Positions 56,652 through 64,000 of a DNA stretch of 64,000 nucleotides are shown in pieces. Origin of the DNA: Candidatus Marinacidobacterium sp. (GTDB taxonomy: Bacteria; Acidobacteriota; Vicinamibacteria; Marinacidobacterales; Marinacidobacteraceae); assembly GCA_965220965.1 (NCBI GenBank), contig OZ244852.1:2464001-2528000 (forward strand), written 5' to 3'. The notes under the pieces are model-generated. The model worked only from the letters and a program-made list of their open reading frames with translations, had not been told where the DNA came from and made no database searches. The position numbers and the translations under genes were made by a program. Each line of letters opens with the position of its first letter. Positions within the stretch are counted from its first letter, which is position 1.

Positions 56652-57748
56652 ACTTCCGAAGCGTTCGCGGGCTGGCGCTGGCCGCCACTCTGGCCGGCCT
56701 GGGCGCCGCCTGCGCCCCCGCCGAGCCGGAAGGGGGCGCCCTCACCGCGGTCTCGTGGGGAGGCTCCTACGCCCGGGCGGTGGACCGCGCCCTCTACCAG
56801 CCGTTCGAGGCGGCGACCGGGGTGACGATCGGCCGGGAGGACTACAACGGGGGCCTGGCGCAGATCCGCACCCAGGTCGAGACCGGCAACGTCTCCTGGG
56901 ACATCGTCTCGCTCGAGGCCTACGACGCGCTCCGGGGCTGCGAGGAGGGCCTCCTCGAATTGCTCCCGACGGATCTGGCCGGCCCGGGACTCGACGGTGC
57001 GCCCGCCTCCGAGGACTTTCCGGAAGGAACGATCACCGACTGCGGCGTGGCGCTGATCTTCTATTCGACGCTCTACGCCTACCACCCCGACCGCTTCTCC
57101 GGCGAGGCGCCCTCGACGATCGGCGACTTCTTCGACCTGGAGCGCTTCCCCGGCCGCCGGGGGATGCGCCGCACGCCGCAGGTGAACTTCGAGTTCGCGC
57201 TGATGGCCGACGGCGTCCCGACCGGGGAGGTCTACGCCGTCCTCGACACCGACGCCGGGATCGAACGCGTCTTCAGCAAGCTGGACACCATCCGCGACGA
57301 GGTCGTCTGGTGGGAGGCGGGGGCGCAGCCGCCCCAGATGCTGGCCGACGCCGAGGTCGTCATGACCACCGCCTACAACGGACGGATCTTCAACGCCCAG
57401 GCCCTCGAGAACCAGCCGTTCGTGATCGTCTGGGACGGCCAGGTGCTCGACTTCTCGCAGCTCGCGATCCCGGCGGGCGCACCGAACCTCGGGAACGCCC
57501 TCGAGTACCTCCGGTTCGTGACCGGGCCCGATGCGATGGCCCGGATCGCCGGCCACATCGCCTACGGACCGGTGCGGCGCTCGGCGGCGCCGCTGGTCTC
57601 GACCCACCTCGAGACCGGGATCCCGATGGCCCCGCACCTGCCCACGACGCCGGAGAACATGACGAACACGCTGATCAGCGATGGCGGGTGGTGGAGCGAG
57701 AACCTCGAGGAGATGAACGAGCGGTTCAGCGCCTGGCTCGCGAGGTGA
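56648..57748 (+). CDS. PotD/polyamine-opine-type substrate-binding lipoprotein
   Basis: Motifs SWGGSY, WDIV, FPGRRG, EFALMADGV and NGRI. Confidence 0.88.
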   Translation: MNFRSVRGLALAATLAGLGAACAPAEPEGGALTAVSWGGSYARAVDRALYQPFEAATGVTIGREDYNGGLAQIRTQVETGNVSWDIVSLEAYDALRGCEEGLLELLPTDLAGPGLDGAPASEDFPEGTITDCGVALIFYSTLYAYHPDRFSGEAPSTIGDFFDLERFPGRRGMRRTPQVNFEFALMADGVPTGEVYAVLDTDAGIERVFSKLDTIRDEVVWWEAGAQPPQMLADAEVVMTTAYNGRIFNAQALENQPFVIVWDGQVLDFSQLAIPAGAPNLGNALEYLRFVTGPDAMARIAGHIAYGPVRRSAAPLVSTHLETGIPMAPHLPTTPENMTNTLISDGGWWSENLEEMNERFSAWLAR

Positions 57749-58959
57749 CCCGGGTGAACGGAGGCGGCGGTCCGCGGCCTCCGCGCTCCGCCCGGCTCCG
57801 CGCCGCGGGACTCGTCCTGCCGCTTCTGGCCTTCGTCGGGGTCTCCTTCCTCGCCCCGCTGGGGGCGATGCTCGCCGAGAGCGTGCACCAGCCGCTCGTG
57901 GCGGACGCCCTACCCGAAACGCTCGCGCTCCTCGAGGACTGGGACGGTGCCGGCGTCCCGGGCCAGGCGGTTTTCGCCGCCGCCGTCCGGGAGCTGGGCG
58001 CCGCGCAGGCGAACCGCACGGTCGCCCGGATCGGGAGCCGGGTGAACCGGATCGAAGGCGGGCTCCGCGGCGTGATCGTGGCCGGCGGCCGCGCCGATCC
58101 CGGAGCGGGGTCGGCCCGCGAGGCGCTGGTGAGCGCCGACCCGGCGTGGGACGAGACCACCACCTGGGCGGCGATCCGCGCCGCGGGCGAGCGCTTCACC
58201 GCCCGGAACTACCTCCACGCGCTGGATCTGGAGCGCCTCCCGGACGGGTCCATCGTCCGGCAGAGCGAGGAACTCCGGATCTACGTCCCGCTGCTCGTCC
58301 GGACCCTGCTGGTGAGCGCGGCGGTGACGCTGCTGTGCCTGCTGCTCGGGTATCCCATCGCCCACCGGATCGCGAACGCGCCGGCGCGGCGGGCCCGCTG
58401 GCTGCTCATCCTCGTGCTCGTTCCGTTCTGGACCTCGCTGCTCGTCCGGACCTCGGCGTGGATCGTCCTGCTGCAGACCCACGGCGTCCTGAACGGCCTG
58501 CTCGTCGCCCTCGGCGTCGTGGCCGAGGACGGCCGGCTCACGCTGGTCTACAACATGACCGGGACGCTGGTGGCGATGACCCACGTGCTGCTGCCCTTCA
58601 TGGTCCTGCCGCTCTATTCGGTCATGAAGAACGTGCCCGGAAGCCTCCTGCGCGCCGCCGCGTCGCTCGGGGCGAGCCCGTGGCAGAGCTTCTGGCGCGT
58701 CTACTGGCCCCTCACCCTGCCCGGCGTGGCGGCGGGCGGACTGCTCGTGTTCATCCTGGCGATCGGTTACTACATCACCCCGGCGCTGGTGGGTGGGAGC
58801 AGCGGCCAGTTGATCTCCAACATGATCGCGTTCCACATGCAGACCTCGCTGAACTGGGGGTTGGCGGCGGCGATCGGAGGCGTGCTGCTGGCGGTCGTCG
58901 GGGCGCTCTACGTCGTCTACGACCGGGTGGTGGGCGCCGGCGCGCTGCGCCTCGGATAG
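57745..58959 (+). CDS. PotB-type ABC permease
   Basis: PFWTSLLVRT, LPFMVLPLY, EAA-loop AASLGA and GYYITPAL.GG. Confidence 0.9.
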   Translation: MTRVNGGGGPRPPRSARLRAAGLVLPLLAFVGVSFLAPLGAMLAESVHQPLVADALPETLALLEDWDGAGVPGQAVFAAAVRELGAAQANRTVARIGSRVNRIEGGLRGVIVAGGRADPGAGSAREALVSADPAWDETTTWAAIRAAGERFTARNYLHALDLERLPDGSIVRQSEELRIYVPLLVRTLLVSAAVTLLCLLLGYPIAHRIANAPARRARWLLILVLVPFWTSLLVRTSAWIVLLQTHGVLNGLLVALGVVAEDGRLTLVYNMTGTLVAMTHVLLPFMVLPLYSVMKNVPGSLLRAAASLGASPWQSFWRVYWPLTLPGVAAGGLLVFILAIGYYITPALVGGSSGQLISNMIAFHMQTSLNWGLAAAIGGVLLAVVGALYVVYDRVVGAGALRLG

Positions 58960-58962
58960 GTC

Positions 58963-59790
58963 GTGCCGCGCCGCCTGTCGCCGGGCCGGATCCTCTATCT
59001 GGGGTTCTGCTCGCTGGTGTTCGCGTTCCTGATCGCGCCGGTGCTCGTCATCGTCCCGCTCAGCTTCAACGCCGAGCCCTACCTGACGTTCACCGAGGGC
59101 ATGCTCCGGCTCGATCCCGAGGCCTACTCGCTGCGCTGGTATCGCGAACTGGCGACCGGCGACCGGTGGAGCGCCGCGCTCGGGAACAGCCTCCTCATCG
59201 GGGTGGCGGCGGCCGCCATCGCGACCGTGCTCGGGACGCTCGCCGCCCTCGGACTCTCGAGCCCGGCGATGCCGGCGCGGCGGTTCGTGACCGCGGTGCT
59301 GATCTCGCCGATGGTCATCCCGCTGATCCTCGCGGCGGCCGGGATGTTCTTCTTCTACTCGATGCTGGGTCTGACCCAGACCCACCTCGGCCTGATCCTC
59401 GCCCACGCCGCCCTCGGGACGCCCTTCGTGGTCGTGACCGTCACCGCCACGCTCTCCGGCTTCGACCGGAACCTCGTCCGGGCGGCCGAGAGCCTGGGCG
59501 CTGGTCCGCTCCGCATCTTCCGGCGGGTCCAGCTCCCGCTGATCGCTCCGGGGGTCCTGTCCGGCGCGCTCTTCGCCTTCGCCGCATCGTTCGACGAGGT
59601 CGTGGTCGTCCTTTTCCTCGGCGGGCTCGAGCAGCGGACGATCCCGCGTCAGATGTGGTCCGGCATCCGCGAGGAGATCAACCCCACGATCCTCGCGGCC
59701 GCGACGATCCTGATCGTGTTCGCGCTCGTCTTCCTGTTCGTCGTCGAGACGCTGAGGAGCCGTCCCGGCCTCAGCGGCTCGCGGCGGTAG
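58963..59790 (+). CDS. PotC-type ABC permease
   Basis: Motifs SLRWY, PFVVVTV, AAESLGA and SFDEVVV. Confidence 0.9.
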   Translation: MPRRLSPGRILYLGFCSLVFAFLIAPVLVIVPLSFNAEPYLTFTEGMLRLDPEAYSLRWYRELATGDRWSAALGNSLLIGVAAAAIATVLGTLAALGLSSPAMPARRFVTAVLISPMVIPLILAAAGMFFFYSMLGLTQTHLGLILAHAALGTPFVVVTVTATLSGFDRNLVRAAESLGAGPLRIFRRVQLPLIAPGVLSGALFAFAASFDEVVVVLFLGGLEQRTIPRQMWSGIREEINPTILAAATILIVFALVFLFVVETLRSRPGLSGSRR

Positions 59791-61054
59791 GGGGCTGTTC
59801 CGGGAGCGGGATCCGCCCGTCGCGCATGACGAGCCGGACCTCGAAGAGGGCGTCGAGCGACTGGGTCGGGTCCCCCTCGACCACGATCAGATCGGCCACG
59901 TAGCCCTCGGCGAGCGTCCCGATCTCTTCGCCGAGTCCCAGCGAGGTGGCCGCCATCGAAGTCATTCCGGTGATCACCGCCACCGGGTCCTGCCCCCCCG
60001 CCTCGGCCCGGGCGACCGCCTCGCGGGCGTTCTGCCCGTGGGCCCCCGCCACCGCATCGGTGCCGAAGACGATTTTCAGCCCCTCGGTGGCGAGCGCCAT
60101 CCGGAAGGTCTCCATGGCCCGGACCCGGCCGGACTCCATGGCGGCGAACCCCTCTTCGGTGTAGTTGCCGATCCCGAGGTAGCGGTCCCGGTTCTCGAAG
60201 TAGTTCGCGAAGATCAGGTCGGTGTTCGGGTCGTAGAACGTCCCGTTGGCGGCCAGCAGGTCGAGGGTCGCCTGGTCGAGCAGCGCCCCGTGTTCGATCG
60301 TGGTGCATCCGGCGCGGGACGCCCGCGACGCGCTCTCCGGGCCGTGGGCGTGGACGAGCGTCCGGAGCCCGAGCTCCGCCGCGGCCCCGCAGGCGGCGTC
60401 GAGCGCCTCCTGGGAAAGCGTCGGCCCCCCGCCGACCCGGATGCTCTCGGAGGCGAAGATCTTGATCGCGTCGGCCCCGCGCTCGTGAAGGTCCTTCACC
60501 GCGGCGACCAGTTCGTCGGGGCCTCCGGTGTTCGCCGACAACTGCCCCATCGAGGTGATGATCCGGGGTCCCGGGACGACGCCCCGGTTCACCGCGTCCC
60601 GGACCGGACCGTCGAGCGCGCTTCCCAGGCTCTGGACCGTGGTGAACCCGGCGGCCAGCATGTTGAGGCCGTTCTCGAGTCCGTGGAGCGCGGTGGTCTC
60701 TGGCGAGGCGCCCCGGGCCAGCCTGCCGTCCGGCCCGAAGTGCCACGTCAGGTGGACGTGGGTGTCGATGAGCCCCGGCAGGATCGTCCCGCCGGGGAAG
60801 TCGAGACGGCGGCCCGCGGGGGGTAGTTCGGCGCTCGGGACGACTCCCGCGATCCGGCCGTCCCGGACGACGACCCCGTGGCCCTCGAGAACCGCGCCGG
60901 TCCCGTCGAGCACCCGGTCGGCGGTGATGACGGTGACCCCGGGGTCCCCGGTCGCCGCCGGCCCCGTTCCGCTCGGGCCGCAGCTCGCGGCGAGGGCCGC
61001 GAGCGCCGCGGCGAGCAGTCGCGAGTTCATGGTCGTCAGATGGTTCGTTCGCAT
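59771..61054 (-). CDS. Amidohydrolase (Xaa-Pro dipeptidase-like), probable lipoprotein
   Basis: Motifs PGLIDTHVH, GADAIKI, HAHG, TIEHG, FGTDA and ADLIVV.GDP. Confidence 0.87.
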   Translation of the reverse strand: MRTNHLTTMNSRLLAAALAALAASCGPSGTGPAATGDPGVTVITADRVLDGTGAVLEGHGVVVRDGRIAGVVPSAELPPAGRRLDFPGGTILPGLIDTHVHLTWHFGPDGRLARGASPETTALHGLENGLNMLAAGFTTVQSLGSALDGPVRDAVNRGVVPGPRIITSMGQLSANTGGPDELVAAVKDLHERGADAIKIFASESIRVGGGPTLSQEALDAACGAAAELGLRTLVHAHGPESASRASRAGCTTIEHGALLDQATLDLLAANGTFYDPNTDLIFANYFENRDRYLGIGNYTEEGFAAMESGRVRAMETFRMALATEGLKIVFGTDAVAGAHGQNAREAVARAEAGGQDPVAVITGMTSMAATSLGLGEEIGTLAEGYVADLIVVEGDPTQSLDALFEVRLVMRDGRIPLPEQPPTAASR

Positions 61055-61125
61055 GACGCGCATTCCTCCAGGGGGCCGCGCTCCGGGGCGGGCCGCCCCC
61101 TCATCACGGCGGACGCCGTCCGCCG

Positions 61126-62727
61126 TCAGACTTCGGTCGCGAGGCGGGAGGCGGTGCGGAGCGAGAGCGCGGCGAACGTGAGCGTGCCGTTGTTGCATCC
61201 CGAGGAGACGATCGTCGGCGCCCCCGCCACCCAGAGGTTCGGGTGGTCGTGCGCCCGTCCCCAGGCGTCCACCACGCTCCGGTCCGGGTCCTCGCCCATC
61301 CGGCAGCCCCCGCCGGGGTGGTCGTAGTCCGAGGCGAACGCGATGTCGAGCATCTCGCCACCGCCCGCCCGCAGGATCCCGCGGAACCGCTCCTCGATCT
61401 TGGCTTCGGTGTAGCCGCGCAGTTCGGCGGACACCGGGTCGTCCACGAAGTCGATCCGGGGCAGGGGGTCGCCCCACGGGTTCGTCCTGCCGGGCTCGAG
61501 CGTCAGGGCGCTCTCCGCCGCCGGGATCACGTCGTAGTAGCCGCGCATCCGCAGCGCGCCGGTTTCGATCCGGGAACGCCAGTCGTCCATGACGGCGCCG
61601 CCGAGGAGCAGGTTCCCGGCGTCGTCCCGGAGGCGGGCCTGCTTGCCGAAGTCGGACTCCCAGATGCGGAGGTCATGGCGGATGTACTTCCCGTCGGGCT
61701 GGGCCTCGGAATCGGCGTGCTGGAAGCGCTTCGAGAGAAGGCTGTCCTGCCGGTACACCCCGGGGTAGAGCCGCATCGGCACGGAGACGAAGGCGTTCAC
61801 CCACCGGTGCCCGGTGATGTACTGCCCCACGGTCCCCGAGCGGTTCGCGATCCCGTTCGGGAAGCGGCCTCCCGCGCTCAGCAGCAGGAGGTGAGCGGAC
61901 CAGGCGTAGCCGGCGGCCAGCACGAACTGGCGGCCCCGGATGCGGACCGGCTGGTCGGGAGCGTCCCGATGGATCGCCTGCGCCTCCTCGATGTCGTCCG
62001 ACCCGTCGCGCGGGACGAGCCGCTGGACCAGCGTCCGGTCGTGGAGGGTGATGCGTCCTTCGTCGAGCAGCCGGCGGAAGGTGAAGTCCGGGCTGTACTT
62101 CGCCCCCGTGGGGCAGATGGAGCAGGTGTCGCACCGCACGCACTGCCCGCGTCCCCGGTAGGGCCGCGAGAGCTTCGCGACCGGGTTCCGCCAGTAGGGG
62201 ATGCCGGACCTTTCCGCCCACTCGTGCGCCTTCTGCAGGTTGTAGGAGACCGGCAGCGGATCGAGCGGATAGGGCGTCGAGCGGGGGTCGTACTCCTCGG
62301 GCCCCGCCTCGCCCGCCACCCCGAGCCGTTCTTCGGCTTCCCCGTAGAACGGGTCGAGGTCCTCGTAGGAGATGGGCCAGTCGCGCCCGACCCCCATCAG
62401 GCTCCTGAGCTTGAAGTCCTCCGGCGAATAGCGCGGCGTCGTGCCGCCCCAATGCATCGCCAGCCCGCCCACGCACATCGCGCGGGACTGGACATTCACG
62501 CACTTCTGTCCCCGGATGTAGTCGCCCGCGTACGGGTTTTCGCCGTAGTCGAGGAACCGGCGGCGGGTGTTGTAGCGGTCCTCGAAGTCGAAGATGCGGT
62601 TCCCGGCCTCGATCACCGCGATCGAGGCGCCGGTGTCCTCGGCGAGGCGCTCGGCCACCATCGCCGCGCTGATCCCGGCGCCGAGGATGACGATGTCGGC
62701 CTCGATGGTTCGCGGGTTCGTCTGCAT
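61126..62727 (-). CDS. GMC-family FAD oxidoreductase, large subunit
   Basis: ILGAG, VGG..HWGG, C..C..C..CP cluster, H..GGCRMG and N.TLT..AL. Confidence 0.9.
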   Translation of the reverse strand: MQTNPRTIEADIVILGAGISAAMVAERLAEDTGASIAVIEAGNRIFDFEDRYNTRRRFLDYGENPYAGDYIRGQKCVNVQSRAMCVGGLAMHWGGTTPRYSPEDFKLRSLMGVGRDWPISYEDLDPFYGEAEERLGVAGEAGPEEYDPRSTPYPLDPLPVSYNLQKAHEWAERSGIPYWRNPVAKLSRPYRGRGQCVRCDTCSICPTGAKYSPDFTFRRLLDEGRITLHDRTLVQRLVPRDGSDDIEEAQAIHRDAPDQPVRIRGRQFVLAAGYAWSAHLLLLSAGGRFPNGIANRSGTVGQYITGHRWVNAFVSVPMRLYPGVYRQDSLLSKRFQHADSEAQPDGKYIRHDLRIWESDFGKQARLRDDAGNLLLGGAVMDDWRSRIETGALRMRGYYDVIPAAESALTLEPGRTNPWGDPLPRIDFVDDPVSAELRGYTEAKIEERFRGILRAGGGEMLDIAFASDYDHPGGGCRMGEDPDRSVVDAWGRAHDHPNLWVAGAPTIVSSGCNNGTLTFAALSLRTASRLATEV

Positions 62728-62731
62728 CGCC

Positions 62732-63364
62732 TCAGCCCCCGCCGTTCCCGGTGGCGAGCGGCGCCGGCGCCTCGGCCCCCGACGCGAGGTCGCGGCACGC
62801 CCGCGTCCCGATCCGGGCGCCGTAGGCCAGGTCGGCCGCCGCCGGGCGCGCGTAGAACCGCGCCAGCACGCCCACTGCGACGTGGGTCGCGGCCGCCGGC
62901 GCGGGCAGCCGCCCGTCGGGAGCATGCCGCGCCAGATCGGCGCTCAGCATCGCCCGACGGGTCTCGACATCGAGCGACGCGAACCCGGCGCCGTGCCGCT
63001 TGGTTGCGAGCAGGTCGAGCGCGGCGAGCTGGGCGCCCCACATCGGCGCCGGATCGCCCGGGCCGAAGCGCACGTCGCTGGAGGAGAGGTACGGGTGGGG
63101 CAACTCGGCCACCGGCTCGAAGCCTTCCAGCCAGCGCGCGAAGTCGCGGAGCGCGTCGCGGACCCCGGCGTCGCCGATTTCGGGGGGGAGCACGGCTTCC
63201 GCGACCGCATGGAGAAGCGGCAGGTCGAGCCGCCGATCGCCCGCTTCCTGCGCCGCCCCGGCGGCCGGGACTGCGCCCGCGCCGGCGAGCGCAGCCGCCG
63301 CGGCGCCTCCGGTCCGCAGGAACTCGCGTCGTCCCTGGCTCGCTCGCGAACCCGTTGCCTTCAT
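62732..63364 (-). CDS. Tat-exported small subunit of the GMC oxidoreductase (gluconate 2-dehydrogenase subunit 3-like)
   Basis: GRREFL Tat motif, F..LD...RR and FY. Lies directly upstream of the GMC gene. Confidence 0.75.
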   Translation of the reverse strand: MKATGSRASQGRREFLRTGGAAAAALAGAGAVPAAGAAQEAGDRRLDLPLLHAVAEAVLPPEIGDAGVRDALRDFARWLEGFEPVAELPHPYLSSSDVRFGPGDPAPMWGAQLAALDLLATKRHGAGFASLDVETRRAMLSADLARHAPDGRLPAPAAATHVAVGVLARFYARPAAADLAYGARIGTRACRDLASGAEAPAPLATGNGGG

Positions 63365-63456
63365 CGGGCCGATTCTACCGGTGGGGGGGAAGGGGTCTCC
63401 CGCTGGCGCCGTCCGAATACGCGTCGCCCCGAAACCCGGTACGGTTGCCGACCTCC

Positions 63457-64000
63457 GTGTTCTTCCGACGAGCCTCCCGCTGCGCGCTCCTGCTGCTGGC
63501 GGCGACGCTCGCGGGCGTCGCGCCCGGAGCCGCGCAGCCGCCGAGGCTGGACCCCGCGCTTGAAACGGCGCTGAACGCCGTCCGCGACGGCGAGTTCGAG
63601 GCGATGCAGGCCGCCTTCGATGGCGGGCTCGAAGTGGACGCCAAGGCCCCGAACGGGATGACCGCGCTCCACGTGGCGGCGGTCCTCGGCCGCGAGGAGT
63701 TCGTCACCTTCCTCATCGAGCGCGGCGCCGACGTCACCGATCCGGCGCAAAACGGCATCACGCCGCTCCACCGGGCTTCGCTCGGCGGCCATCTGGGAAC
63801 GATGCGGCTGCTGCTCGAGGCCGGCGCCGCGGTGGACGCCGCCGCCACCTGGGGAGCGACTCCCCTGATGAGCGCGGTCGACCGGGGTCACCTCGAGGCC
63901 GCCCGCCTCCTGCTCGGCGCCGGCGCCGACCCCACCGCGGCGGCGACGAACGGCGAGACCGCGCTGAGTCTTGCGAGGTCGCGAGGACGACAGGACCTCA
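63457..64000 (+). CDS. Secreted ankyrin-repeat protein (3'-truncated by window end)
   Basis: Manual translation shows a signal peptide, then GMTALHVAA, GITPLHRAS, GATPLMSAV and GETALSLA. It has no stop in the window, so it is absent from the ORF track. Confidence 0.88.
   Translation, partial: MFFRRASRCALLLLAATLAGVAPGAAQPPRLDPALETALNAVRDGEFEAMQAAFDGGLEVDAKAPNGMTALHVAAVLGREEFVTFLIERGADVTDPAQNGITPLHRASLGGHLGTMRLLLEAGAAVDAAATWGATPLMSAVDRGHLEAARLLLGAGADPTAAATNGETALSLARSRGRQDL

Overview
This is a GC-rich, gene-dense bacterial chromosome window. An Acidobacteriota-like, possibly host- or sponge-associated origin is inferred from gene content only. The main feature is a complete quinohemoprotein amine dehydrogenase (QHNDH) gene set: qhpA-D-C-B-F-E in one operon, with qhpG displaced behind a TolB/CehA-type hydrolase. 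Its gamma subunit keeps all cross-linking and CTQ residues but has altered active-site neighbours and a fifth Cys. A Tat-exported DSD1-family PLP enzyme is inserted divergently into the cluster. Housekeeping content includes tRNA-Arg(CCG), tRNA-Lys(CTT), thiI, trxA, moaA, mfd (with a one-base frameshift), PhoA and PhoD phosphatases, PPIases of all three families, Btu/Fec-type and Pot-type ABC importers, many exported hydrolases, a GMC oxidoreductase pair and a partial ankyrin protein. Accessory content includes an AAA_21 ATPase + TOPRIM-like (DUF4276-like) pair, a 198-bp MITE-like element with a second partial copy, a duplicated 54-bp intergenic element built of 12-bp units, an XRE-ImmA protein with a 42-bp tandem repeat and a broken HExxH motif, and an RNase H-fold orphan. 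All assignments come from motif recognition by eye. No database searches were run.
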